64,000 nt of DNA, taken from assembly GCA_950097015.1 (NCBI GenBank), contig CATNEN010000041.1, positions 3,224,001 through 3,288,000 on the forward strand, written 5' to 3'. Of this stretch, positions 48,674-61,300 are shown piece by piece (the stretch's first letter is position 1; each line of letters opens with the position of its first letter). Origin of the DNA: Macrostomum hystrix. Taxonomy: Eukaryota; Animalia; Platyhelminthes. The notes beneath the pieces were generated by a model, which was not told the origin of the DNA, made no database searches, and saw only the letters and a list, made by a program, of their open reading frames with translations. The position numbers and the translations under genes are program-made.

Positions 48674-49315
48674 TCACTTGCGCCTCTTGGCTGAGACATG
48701 CCTTCCGGGGCAACTGAAGCAGTTGCTGGCCGTTCTATGCTGCTGCTGCAGATGCAGATGCTGGTGCTGGTTTGATGGTGGACGCAGCTCGTTGGCAACA
48801 GCAGCCAGTCCGCGGTATTCGCTGCGCAGTCGGTTGACAAGGTCCATCTGGCGCCGCTCGTCGGCCCTCATTCTACGGCGCCATTCGGAGTGCTGATCCT
48901 CGTCCGAAGACAGCAGCGCTTTGCACAGGCAGCACCTCGCGGCGCCTAGAGGGTTCAGCAAGGTACAGGTCGGGCACGGAATCTCTTCAGCTGCCTTATT
49001 ATCGCGTTGACTAGACTCGTTCGCCTGAGCTCCACTGATCCGAGTGCATTGAGAGCACATGGCACACAAGGCAGTTTGCTCAGTATTGATGAATGTGCAG
49101 TGCGGGCAGGCCATGCCAAGGTTGGCTGCTGCTCTAACGTGAAGGATCTGCCTCCAGCTGGCGCTATGATCACGGCGGTCGGGGTGGCCGTGCCAGGCAG
49201 AGTTGCAGGTGTGGCAGAGCTGCTTACAACCAGGAGCAGAGCAGGCTACAACAGCAGGCTGATCACCACAGAAGTCGCACAGAATATTGACAGGCTGCTG
49301 CTGCTGAGTTGACAT
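48674..49315 (-). CDS. B-box + two NZF (RanBP2-type) zinc-finger protein resembling the N-terminal half of HOIP/RNF31
   Basis: CDFCGDQPAVVACSAPGCKQLCHTCNSAWHGHPDRRDH (HOIP-type B-box); CPHCTFIN-x6-CAMC and CPTCTLLN-x6-CCLC; then RRRMRADERRQMDLVNRLR. ATG 49315, stop 48674; an acceptor-like TACAG at 49344 means an upstream exon is possible. Confidence 0.7.
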   Translation of the reverse strand: MSTQQQQPVNILCDFCGDQPAVVACSAPGCKQLCHTCNSAWHGHPDRRDHSASWRQILHVRAAANLGMACPHCTFINTEQTALCAMCSQCTRISGAQANESSQRDNKAAEEIPCPTCTLLNPLGAARCCLCKALLSSDEDQHSEWRRRMRADERRQMDLVNRLRSEYRGLAAVANELRPPSNQHQHLHLQQQHRTASNCFSCPGRHVSAKRRK

Positions 49316-52300
49316 TTGTGAACAGTTGACTCCAGAAGAAGGCTGTAATTGACGAATCAATTCTCGTACGTTTATTATATTAATAGCATTTAAGTAGTAT
49401 TTAAATTAATGCCTTGGCCATAATTAGTGGCTTGTAAAGCATCCAGATTTGGCACTAGTTTGCAAACCTCTTTTGGCACCTCGCAGGGGTAAATAACTGG
49501 CACAACTTGTGGTCATTTTTAGTGCATTGGTCTCATCATCAAGAAGAGAAAGAGCTCCCAGGTTGAGGGAGGCAAAGAAGAAGATCGAAAGAGCAGAGAC
49601 AACCCAGCAATTTGTGGCTTTAGAGAAAAAGTATCGCTGTCTCAAACTGCTTTTTAAAAGATGCAGCACATCCAACACACAGTTGGATGTTAGATGAGGA
49701 TGCCGCATTGTTCATGTGGGATCTGTAAGCAACCATGCAAAGGAAGGAGAGAAAAGTTGAGGTGCCATACTGTGAGCTACTTGTGTAAGAATGATAGGGC
49801 AGTGGCAGGTCAATGGTAAGGCAGGAAATATTTGGTACAAAGCAGGCAGAGAATGAACATCGAAACTAATTCTGCTTAACAGCATGAAGATTCTGTAGTG
49901 TAGCTCAGAGCCTGACCTTCATCAGTTACTGCCATCTAGTCAATAATGCACCTAATCTTCTTTTTATTATTGATAAAGCCACAATTATGCTGGTAGTGGC
50001 TTTACATGGAAGCTGATGCAGCTGGCACCCACTATGAATGATAGTAGGTGCCACTATCATATATGTGACACAAGCATCTCACTTAACTCTGGTGTTGATC
50101 AAACCCCCATTCTTGGGAGTGGCATCACTGTCTTAACAAATGTTATTTGTGTTTTTCATTTAAAACCGAACTATGATTTTCATGTATCTTTAAACCTAAA
50201 AGAGAATTTGATATTTGGTTTTACAATTTGAGTGAGTGGTTTAATCTTATTAATCTATCATGAGTGATCTATCACAAATTATGTCATTTAAAAAAGCATT
50301 TTTCAGACTATAAATAACTACATTTATGGTAATTTAATTGGAAAGCAACTGCATACAATCTTAGTCTAAAGTACATGCTGAAAAAATGTTGTTAAAAAGT
50401 ATCATTTTGTGATAAAAATTTCAACTGAAACATCAATATCTTTCTTTCCTCTAAATGCTTCATTGCATGTCATGCCTAAGCTTGTAGATAATGTATTTAC
50501 CTTTCAAATTAGTTGTTCTGTGAAACACAATAGCTTGTTTCTGTCTTGCACGAGACGAAGGAAGGAGTCAAAATTCTTGTTCAGTTTTGAAGATACACTG
50601 TTTGGTTGATGATACATTACCCTACTCCAGAATTTTGCATACTTTGATCAGAAGGCTGGATAAATTGTGCATATGGCTGATTCTAAACAACCTCAATAAA
50701 TTATCTTTTGTTTTAAATTTCATTTGTTTGCTTATTTATTATAGGCCTCTCTTTTTAGTTTCTATAGAAGAAAGTCTGGAGCACAACTTTGAATCTGTTT
50801 TCACATTATGCCATGGAAGTTTTGTATAAAAGGCTGCAAAAGCAATTATAACAGTAGGGAATAGTGTATAGTTAGTCACCAATGTAAATTTCCCATACTA
50901 TGAGCATCAAGTGAACATGTGGATATCGGCATTGCTAACATGAAGGTAGGCCTAATGATGGTGAGTAAATTAATAGAGTAATTTAAGTTTAAAAATAAGC
51001 AAATAATAGGCCTAATGTTAGCATCAAAGTTCAGTTGCTGACTTGCTGTGGTGTACTGCTATAATTCAAATAAATCTGCCAGTGCATATTCTTTAAATCT
51101 TCAAAATCTTCACAAGTATAGCTACATTTTCTGTTGTACCTCAATTGATCATTTCTTTTGTTTAATAACTTGCGTTAGTTTTATAGGCTCTTAATATATT
51201 CCATGAAAAGATAACAGATATTATTAAATATAAAAGCAATAATAAAGTTAGGCCCTACAAAAAATAAAACAATGAGAACTGAAATGAGACTAATATATTG
51301 AGGTTGTTTTTTAAGCCATAGGCACAATACAATGACTTATTACATTTGTGGCCACCACGCAGAATAAAAATATTTTCAGCATTCGATTTTAAGTGTCACA
51401 TCAGTTGGTGTCATATTATATAAAACACTAGTCTATGTCGATATGCAGTGCAATTTTTGTTGCCACATTTGAATGTGCTCATTTAATTTACACGGAAATT
51501 CGCGAATTAATTTTGTAATGCTCATTGACTCAGCTATTTAGCTAATGTGTTTAGCATAAACTTAGTCGAACTATCTAAGCTCCAAGCAGTTGCTTAATAT
51601 GTTTAATCTTTGACACTATACATGCTATACAATGTTATGTTTACATAAGTATAATTCTGGGCCCAGTTATATACTCGTATAACTGCTATAGTTATTAAAC
51701 CTAGTGAAGTGGTATAATATTATATAAAAAAGTAAAACGTAAATAAATTAAAATCAATTGCAGCCAGATATTAAAATAGGGCCTATGAGGTGTACACAAG
51801 TGTGTTACAGGCCGCATCTATTCTATTTTTTGAGAGAGAAGACAATTTGCTACCGGGAATGACTTCATTAAAACTTCAGACGATGATTTTTTGCATATTA
51901 ATGCTCATTCAGATCAAATTTTGAGCTCAAAAGATGCGCATTTTGCTGAAATTTTATAAAGTAAAAACGGTACAAGAATCTAGTCAGAAGCGAGGACGCA
52001 AGTGATCTGCCCAATGCCAGCCGCACCGATTTTTTTAATCCGGAAATTTGAAGGCTTCAAAAGGGACATGATTATGTAACGATGTCACTATTTATTTTTG
52101 TTAACTTCATCTTTCTTAGAAATCTGGCGCGAACTTAAATATATTTTGAAAGGACGGTTTGTGGCGTAAGTGCGAGCGTCGTCGGAGCGAAATATTAGCT
52201 AAAGTTAAGTAGTGCCGACTTTTAAATAATTATTACAGTTTAATTAGCTGGAGACTAGCTCGAGAACAAGGAACCGGGACCCTGGCGCTGCCGCTGACAA

Positions 52301-52632
52301 GCCGTGGTTGTCATTAAAAGAAATCGTTTTTGCTCTTACAAGATTTCTTTTTTTATTCTGGGAAAACTCGTCTGCACACAAACTCTAGTTCGTCACAATT
52401 AGCAATGTGAAGATTATCTAACGTGTGGTACAAGGAAAGACGGATTTTGCATGCGGTACAAGTGATTTTAAAAAGTGATGCGGCTGGGTTGCGGCTAGCG
52501 AAACGTGCGTTCTGATTGAAGGACTATTTTAATGCCAACCAGCGCTGATGAGCCAGCTCTCAACTTAAAGTCAACTTAAATGATGATAGATGGATTTAAC
52601 TCGCATGTTATAATTAGAGAACGAGAACCTTT

Positions 52633-53250
52633 TGTGAAGCACTTTAATACGAGTAAAACTGGTTAGTATAGGCAGAGCGACTTGAGTACGAGTATAACGA
52701 AATTGGGATCTCTATCGGGCGAGGAAATAAGACATACAAAAGTTTTGTATGACGAGCGGGCGGGCCAGATGAACAGAGTCTATGAGCTAAATGAAGATAT
52801 AAGAAACTGAAGAGAAGCGCAATTAATAGTTGATTAGAGAAATTATTAGGCCTAAATAGGATAAAATTCACGGGCAGTGCAAAATAAAGGAAGAGAACAC
52901 AAAGCAAATTCTGGAGGAAAGGCAGTTCTGACAGGGTGGGGGCGAAGTTTCGCGATGTTGAAAAGAGAGTCACGGAGTAGTTGGCGAGCCCGGTCACTTT
53001 GCATCGGATTGTCCGCGTCGACCGTGCCGGTTGAAAGTGGAGCCTTGTCCGCGTTGGCCGCAGTCGGCCTCTAGAGGGACGAGATGCTTGATGACACGGT
53101 GGGACTCGTGACCAATACTCGTTCGGACAGTAACTTTGCGGGTGATGCCGTGACCATCGGGGCGGACATCGATCATGGGGCACGTCTTCCAGTTTGACCG
53201 CGGAGTCTGGTTGTTGTTTTTTTGTTGGCAGTGCGGGTTTTCGGATCAGT
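52633..53250 (-). mobile_element. BEL/Pao LTR-retrotransposon 3' remnant with a ~300-bp LTR
   Basis: QTPRSNWKTCPMIDVRPDGHGITRKVTVRT...VIKHLVPLE resembles the BEL/Pao pol C-terminal (DUF5641-like) segment. It is followed by a TGT(52933)...ATTAAA...ACA(52633) LTR-like block. Confidence 0.7.
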
Positions 53251-53416
53251 CGCTAGGATGGGACCCAGCTTGTCAATGAGCAGAGAGCTGAAATCCTGGC
53301 CTGATGATGAGGCTGTGAGAGCTCCGCAGCATACTTTTCATTTAGTGGAATACTGTACGCCTGAGCATGTTGTCAATTTATTACCTGCCTATCCTAGCCA
53401 GTATGTACATTGATAC

Positions 53417-54495
53417 TGTTCAATTAATATATGTACGTGGATGCCAACGTGCTGTTAAAATAATATAAATGACCCGCGCTGCAAGCGAGTGTGAGCGCGT
53501 ACCTTTCCGACAATTAAACTGCTGACTGATTCTCTCGATTCTCTCAATGGCGACGAGGCCATGTGGTCAGATTCCTGAGCTCTCAAACGACTCAGACTTA
53601 GAAATCTACGTGGAAAGAATGGAGCAATACTTCATACGCAACAAGATCGAGACTTCCGAAGCCAAGCGTGCTACTTTTCTCATGGCTATCGGCGAGAAAT
53701 ACTACAAGCTGCTTCGAGATCTGTGCCAACCAAAAAAATTGACGGACCTATCCTACGAGGTGCTGCAAGAAACTCTCCAGAACCACTGCTCTCCAGCACC
53801 GTCAGAGCTCGTGGCACGTTTCAAGTTTCAACGCCGACTCCAGCACGAGGAAGAGTCCTTTGCTGACTTCCTAGCAGGGCTCAAGTCCGCATCAGCCCAC
53901 TGCAAATTCGGCGCGTGTTTGGAAGAGCGACTCCGAGATCAGTTTCTATTCGGCATGCAGAGCGACACCCTCCGTCCGCGCCAAGCTCTTGGAGAGCTCC
54001 GACCATTCGTACAGCGGAATGATCAAGCTGGCCACTGACCTCGAGTCGGCTCTCAAATACTCCAGCGAGATGGCGCGCCCTCCTGCCACCAACAGAGTCG
54101 CAAATTCGGGTTCGACTGGACCAGCTTGGAGACAACGCGTCGACAAGCAGAAGGTCTCGCTTGGAGCTACATCATCCACTGCGGGCAGCTGTGATAGCTG
54201 CGGCGGCATTCATCCACGCCAGACCTGCAAGTTTCGCAACGCGAAATGCCATCGCTGTGGCAGAGTCGGTCATCTCAAAAAGGTCTGTCGGTCTCCAGAG
54301 TCCGTGAAGCTGCTCGACGAAGCCGAGGCTTCCGAAACGGATAACGAAATTAAGCTGATTCACCACCTCTCAACTGCTTCGAAATCTCCGATCCTGGTGC
54401 CACTGCAGGTGGAGAAAGTGCCGACTCACTTCGAACTCGACACTGGCTCAGCCGTCAGTTTGGTTCCGAAAGCGTTCTACGAGGCACACCTTTGG
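53417..54495 (+). mobile_element. Gypsy/Ty3 LTR-retrotransposon 5' remnant (LTR end, PBS, gag, zinc knuckles, protease start)
   Basis: TATA-like (53461), ATTAAA (53513) and CA end (53546). PBS TGGCGACGAGG at 53548-53558 complements the 3' end of tRNA-Ser(GCU). Gag reads YVERMEQYF...ARFKFQRRLQ...LEERLRDQFLFG, with a frameshift near 53990. Then CHRCGRVGHLKKVC knuckle and protease ELDTGSAVSLV. No RT or integrase. The LTR 5' boundary is approximate. Confidence 0.9.
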
Positions 54496-54860
54496 CGTGG
54501 CTTCATGCTAAGATTTTAAATGGCATTGGCAAAATGAAAGGGATAAAATATTATATTTATATAATATTCTAATCTTTATTATTTTTTACATTAATAAAAA
54601 CTTTTTACTTTATAAAAATAAAGAACGAGTTGATTCAAGAAAATAGAATATCAATCATCAATAATCTGTAAGGCACATCATGTTCAATCATACTTCATCT
54701 TTAGGTACTCGTATGTTACGTAAAACCTAAATTTGGAAAAATACACTTATGATTTGTAGCAGTTTTTCAGCAGTATAACAGAAATAATCGGATTCGACAG
54801 TGCACAGTCAAGTTTATACTCGTGTACCAAGTATTAGGAAAGATAATTTTGTTATGATTT

Positions 54861-54969
54861 TATTGGTAGGAGGATGGCCGCACATGAGCACACGCTCTCA
54901 GGCCCGACAATTTTTATGCTTCTATTGGTAGGAGGATGGCCGCACATGAGCACACGCTCTCAGGCCCGA
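54861..54969. repeat. Two-copy 62-bp duplication
   Basis: tattggtaggaggatggccgcacatgagcacacgctctcaggcccga at 54861 and 54923. Confidence 0.85.
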
Positions 54970-55447
54970 TAATCGACATTTAATCTGGATACTGAAAATG
55001 TCACTACACGGAGTCTGAAAATTTACAGGCATGCCGTATGGGGCCACGCTTATCAATAAAGGCCCGTTTAACACTGCCATCAAATCACTAGTTTTAGATG
55101 TACCTTTATTTGATATTCAAATACTTCGTATATGGTTATTAAAAAGTATGCACAACTATGTAAAATAATGTAAAGTATGTACTCGTACAATTGTCTATTC
55201 CAGCTCCTTTGAAGGCAGTGTGAATGAGCCCTTAACCTTGCTGAGCCCAATGTTAACATGCTAAAGCATGTATGCACTTTGACTTTGAAGTTGTTAATCT
55301 TGAGTAATTTGAGAGAACTCTGATTAATGAATGAGTTTTGCGAATTTAACGGTTGCCTTATTTTTGGCGCAGATGACTTGATAAGCAGTCCATAGGCTCA
55401 TAGACCGGCGATTTTGTTGATTAGGTGATTAGGGAAGTTCATTTGGG

Positions 55448-58349
55448 TCAGTTGCCTGCGAGAAAGGGATGTCGCAGGAGGGTCTCCATGCTGGGGCGCG
55501 CGCCAGGATCCTTTGTCACGCACTTGGAGTAGAAGTCATGCAGGTTCCTGGAGCATCGGCCTAATGGGAGTTGCGGCATCGGCATGGAGACGATGGCTTT
55601 GATCATCTGACCCTGTGGCAGGCGGCAGTTTGGGGGCAGGATGTGCGCCATCTCATACACGGTGCAGCCGAAGGCCCACACATCGGACTTGGCCGAGTAG
55701 ATCACCCGGTCGGCGCTACTGTCTAACAGCTCTGGTGCCATAAAGCAAAGCGTTCCGCACTGGCTGGTGCTCGAATAAGCCACTGTGGTGGAGATGATCT
55801 CCTTCGCCAGGCCGAAGTCAATCAGCTTAACGGAGCCCTCGTTGGACAACATCACGTTCGAGCACTTTATATCTCTGTGTAGCACGGCATTCGGCTTTCG
55901 GGTGTGCAAGAAGTTCAGAGCTTCGCAGATCTGAGGAATGACAAGCAATGAGAGTCGTTGGAATAATATTCGCGCATCTTAAAAAGGGTTTTACATTGGG
56001 ACGATGAAATCCCAAAGAAAATATAGCAGCACAGGAAATAATTGAACCATACCTGACGAGAAAATTTACGGATACCAGACTCATCAAATGGCTGCCTTTG
56101 ACGTTTCATCAGATCATGGAGGCTAACTCCTGAAATTAGCTCAGTGAAGATACAAAAGTCCCCGTTGGCCTGCTGCTCGCACTTTAAAAAGACCAAGATG
56201 TTAGGATGCTTGATGCCGCTAAGGATCTCGATCCCTTTCTTCTCCTGGGAGATGATCCGAGTGACCTGGTCGTTCATCATGCCCCGCAGCTTCACGATCT
56301 TTACGGCCACAAACTGATGTTTGTCCGTGATGGCTTTGTACACCATGCCAAACCCGCCCTCGCCGATAGGCTTCTTACTGCCGTCCTCCTCGCACATGAT
56401 GTTCCACTTTTTAAAATTAGGATCCAGGCCACTTCCGACGGCGCTGCAAAGCGTATAGAGAAACCTTTTTGCATCCGTGTTCAAAACAATCAGGGTTTCA
56501 CAACTCAACAAGACCAATATATTTTTTGCGATAACCAACGATAGACTTACGAGGGCATCTCAGTGGTTTCTTTCTGGCGCTGGGGCCCGCGGCTCTGTCG
56601 ATAGAAGCCGGACTCGGCCAGTTTCTCCCGGGCGCCCGGTTCCTTCCTAGTCTGCATCAGGACTGTCAGCATGGCCGCCTGATCCGCTTTCTTGGCCAGC
56701 GCCTCAGCATTTTCACCTTTCTGGTTTTGCTTTCTGACGCTGCAGCCGCAGCGAACAAGGAAGCTGACCACTTCTGTGCTCGAGCCTTCCATGACTGCTA
56801 CCATCAGTGGGGTATTGCCGTTGGCGTCTGGAGCGTCCATTGGAGCGCCAGCATCCTTCAGGAATTCCACCAGATCGAGATTGCCACTCTTTGCGGCGAA
56901 CCAGACGAGAGTTCTGCCACGATTGTTCTTGGCCGACATCTTGCAACCGAGTCGATGAAGCAGCTCAACCATCTCCTGGTTGCCCTGCTGCGCAGCACAA
57001 AGAATTGGTGTGTCACCATCGTTATCAGCGATATCCATGTCAGCACCCTCGTCAGCTAGAGCTGTCACGACATCAGTGAGGCCGTTGTATGCGGCTCGCA
57101 GCGCCGGACTGATGCCACGCTTGTTCCTATGGTTTTTGTTACTGCCCTCCTTTAGCAGGTACTTCACGACCTCATCGGGACCCACCTGGCAAGCGCCTAG
57201 CATAGCTGTCTCACCGTTCCTTGCATTGACGCGTGTCAGTGAAACGCCCATTTTTTTCAACTCCTTAAGCATCTCCAGGTTTGATGAGTCCGCTGCACTC
57301 ATTGCTAGGTCGTAACCTTTGGAGTTCACATGTTTCGGATCAGCACCAGCTTCCACGAGGATCTTGAAGATTTCCACCGAGCCTTGCTTCACTGAGCACT
57401 CCAACGGTGTTCTACCATCTTCGTCCTCATGGTCCACGTGCGCTCCGCTCCGAATCAGCGCGCGCACGATGTCTTCGTGACCGTTGTTCACAGCCGAGAA
57501 AATTGGTGTTCTACCAGAGTTATTCTCGTGGTTCACGTTGCAGCGCTTTTCAAGCATGAACTGCACCACCTCGAAGTGGTCGTTCTGAGCTGCACAGAAA
57601 AGAGGAGTGTTTCCTCGGTCGTCAGCCAGTTCAAAGTCTGCCTTTTTTGCTGCCAGCAATTCGATGATGTCCAAGTGCCCGTTTAGTGCCGCGATAAAGG
57701 CCATGGTTCGCTTCTGGCCAAGCTGCCGGTCAAAGGCCTTGCGATCCGGACTATTCTGCAGCCAAAACTCTATAACGCGAGTGTTTCCTTCCTGAGAGGC
57801 GCTCATCAGAGTCTTATCGTGAATCTCAGCATCGTAGTGTAGGCAGTGCGAGACGCCCTCGAGTGCAAACACCATCGTCAGATTGCGCTTTGTCAGTGCA
57901 ACATCAGACGCTGAAAGGCCTTTTTTGTTAAGATGCCTCACGTTGGCTCCCTTCTCAATGAGCAGGTCAGCGGCTTCATCTTGTCGATTCAAGGCGGCCA
58001 GAATGAGCGGCGTGTCTCCGTCATCGTCGGTGGCCTCAATGTCGGCCCCAAGTTTCAGCAGCTCTTGCATCATATCCAGTTTTCCCTCATGCGCAGCGAC
58101 GTGAAGCGCCGTCACGCCTTTGCTGCCTCGCACATTTGGATCGCCACCCTTGCGCACAAAGGACTGACACTGCTGTCTATTGCCTTCAGCTGCTGCTTCC
58201 AAGAATATTTTCACGTTGGAAGGCATGCTATCGATGCTCTGGAGGTCGTCAGGTGATGCGCCGAACAGAGCGCCCAGCTGCATCAGCGCTTGAAACAAGA
58301 GCTCTCGCTGCTGCGTATCCATACAGGCTGAAGTTGAATACATGTTCAA
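55448..58349 (-). CDS. Ankyrin-repeat protein with a C-terminal Ser/Thr kinase (STE11/MAP3K-like), ~890 aa
   Basis: Exons 58349-56551 (about 15 ankyrin repeats, e.g. TALHVAAHEGKLDMMQELLKLGADIEATDDDGDTPLILAA), 56443-56053 and 55930-55448, with GTAAGT/GTATGG donors and matching phases. Kinase motifs GEGGFG, VAVK, HRDIKCSN, DFG, APE and SDVWAFGCTVYEM are all intact. Confidence 0.92.
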
Positions 58350-59819
58350 ATACTTTCATTAGTTTACACGTATACTAAGTTAAGCCATTTTAATAGATTT
58401 TAGGCCCCTAATTATTGCGCTTAGTGATAATGACTAAATAATATAAGCTATTGTTTTGAAATAACAAGTTATATATGCGCATCATGCTACTTTAAAAAGA
58501 GCATCGGAATATCTTTCTAGTTGGTTCCTTGTAAAGAATTTTAGTGCAAGCAGCTTTGCTTTCGGATTTTCGCATCAGGACATTTTAAACTATCTTATTG
58601 CTCTATTGGTTCATTCGATTGTCTAGTCTAGAAGGAACAGTCGTAACAGTAGTTGCGAACATATTATTTTGTTCCAGTAAACGAAAAACTTAAACCAAAG
58701 TTTGAGAGCTCACATAAACTTGTATTGAATCTTGTTACTTGTTGATTGGCGTAGGTGTGGGAAAGAATTGAACTTTTGTTTAGAATTTGAACGCTATCGT
58801 GAATGTTATTATGAATGTCTTCACAACTGTATAATGCTAAGCATTCGGAAATATGAGTATTTAATTTTACATCACGGAAACCTTTCTGATTCCTAAGAAA
58901 AATGGGATATTAAAAATCACTCAGCTCATGAAAGTTCCGATCGCTCACAGCAGTTCAATGATGACATGCTTACCTTTTGGCTCCGTCTATTTTAATAATA
59001 ATACGAGAACAATGTCCTTGTTGGCGGCAGAAAGAGGAATCGCTTGCTTAATTTTCAACGCACGGAGAAAAGCAGACCGCCCAAGTCTCTTATGCGGGCC
59101 TGCCACGGCAGCCTGCCTCCCTACTGTACTTCCAGTCCCACCCCAAGCCGGAGACCAATTGCTTTCTGCTGCCTGCCTCTCTTGCTATTGCGGCTCTGGC
59201 TCTACTTTTCATACCGTGCGGCAACAGTGGTTGGCAGTGTGCAGGCCACACGATACCTAACGCAAGATTTTATACGAGTCCGAATTAAAATAATGCGATG
59301 TGCTGAAGCGCTTTATCAGCCAAAGGCATAACACTCAAGTGAGCACCTTTCTTAACTCTGCCCACTCCGCGCAATCATAATAGAGGCGAAACTGAAAGGC
59401 GAAGAGTCTTTTCTCTGTGGTTTGCTCACTGCCGTGCAGCGGCCCCTCAAACTGACTACTGTAACTCGGACGCTATGCTTTGCATCATGGAAACTGATCG
59501 AGTTAAAGCAAGGGCCTCCTGTACAAGCGTGTATTCTCCTATGGCGAGTTGAAAGTATGAGACTAAACTGGCACACAAAACTCATTCTTTGAAGTCTGGC
59601 TCCGGCATATTATAGAGCCACATACATTTACCAAAACGGCTATCTAACGAAGTCGCTTCCTGTGCAATTTTTTATTCCCTTATTAAAGATTAACCTAATT
59701 CGTAAGTTGTTAGCATCCGTCAGTCGCGTCCGTAGTATCCCACGAGCGTATTAAAGGGGCTTTCATATGGCGGGTTTTGTTAGGTTTTTTCAAACAACCG
59801 AGCAGATAGGGGCGTCAGA

Positions 59820-61300
59820 TTGGGGCCTAAAAAGCAAAAACTCTCACCCTGGTGGAATCCGGCGCTTGAAATCCTCTGGCGCAAGGTTAAATCCCTCCAG
59901 CGGAAACCATCCAAAAAGACCCAGCATACCTGCCCGCTTATCCAGGACGTGATTCATGACTTCAAGCGTGAGACCAGGAAAGCCCCGTCTGAAAAGGGTG
60001 CCATGAGTGCTGAACTGGAACTCCCGCCCTAACTCTTGCGCATGCAGTTAAAAGTTAAAACGCTCACTTTCGATAAAAAGTCAAAGCTGCACTCACTGAT
60101 AGAAAAACTGGAAGAGCGGCTCGCTTAGAACCACGGGTAATTGCTGGACATTATGCTATTTTGCCGAATTCATTTGAAACAGTGCCCTGGCGACAGAATG
60201 CTTCTTGGGGCCTTAGACTATGCGTTATAGGGCGGCGCTTGTCAAGCCATCATGAGTGCAGCACCCTCTACCCCCTTTGAATGCCCTGCTGGACCTTCCC
60301 CTTTTGGATCTGTTTATCTGTGGGGGAAGCGATGAAAACTGCTCTTCATCTTAGGTGGGTAACGCGGGTGTCTCCATCCAGAAGCAGCTTACCTTCAGCG
60401 AGCGGAACCTCCGGCCGTATCGCAACCTTAGCCTGCGGTACCTGGACACGGCAAGAAGCCTGCTGATCCTATGGACCGAATTCCACCCACGCCATGCCCA
60501 GACGCTCAGATTCAAAATCAGCACTCCGCACCGACAAAAGGTGCGAGATCATGGGCATCCACTGGTTCACAGACTGGTCCCAAATCAACTCTGTCTCTGG
60601 ATTCGGCTACTGTATTGTGTCATTAGGTAGAACTATACGAGTTATATAGCAGATTGGCACTAGCTCTACGTTTTCCAGAACAAGTTCTTGCCATCAGCTC
60701 CTGCATCCTGGAACTGATCTGTCAAAAAGTCTACGGAGCATATGTACCACTCGGAAAACCAAGGCGCGGTCGCCCTTGGATGCACGCTCACCAGCTCCAT
60801 CGCTTCGAACCCTGTAACAAGGTATTTTTAGGGAATCCCCCGGCCTCGGGCCACATAGTAACGATCGAACTGGCCAAAAGCCTTGCCAAAGCAGACTCGA
60901 TGGGGCCCCCTGCCCGCGCTCTTTACCCCATTGCTATTGTCACCTCTCGGATTAATCACTGCAGCGTGTCATCCAAACATAGGATAGGTCAATACAGCCG
61001 ATTGCGGCATCTTGGAAGCCCTGGCTTGGAATTATCCACAGGGACATCAGAGCAGTCACCATGGACCTCTCTGGCCATGGCTGTTTCTCCATAGGAATGG
61101 CTATCTGCAACGCAAAGTCAGCAGTAGTGAAATGCCCTTTCTGCCTCCGGAGCGTTATTTGCGGAGCATTTCCGTAGCTATAAACTGCCCCGGCCACCGT
61201 ACCTGAGAATTACCACTTGTCAGCTTTGTTCGATACATAGCTTGTTCGCCACCGGATGAGCAATTCTCCACCCACTCTACTCTCCGGTAGAGGCCGCGCT
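59820..61300 (+). mobile_element. Heavily degenerate non-LTR retrotransposon relic with RNase H (R1/LOA/I-like)
   Basis: Fragmented motifs in order: LSPWWNPALEILWRKV; LLDLP..LDLFI..EAMKTA; IHWFTD(W)S; VF..QVLAISSCILEL; NKVFLG...ELAKSLAKADSMGP. Many stops and frameshifts. Confidence 0.65.

Noticed and set aside
49424-49900. Stop-interrupted protein-like text upstream of the HOIP-like ORF
   Set aside because: No PUB-domain or TE motif recognisable on either strand
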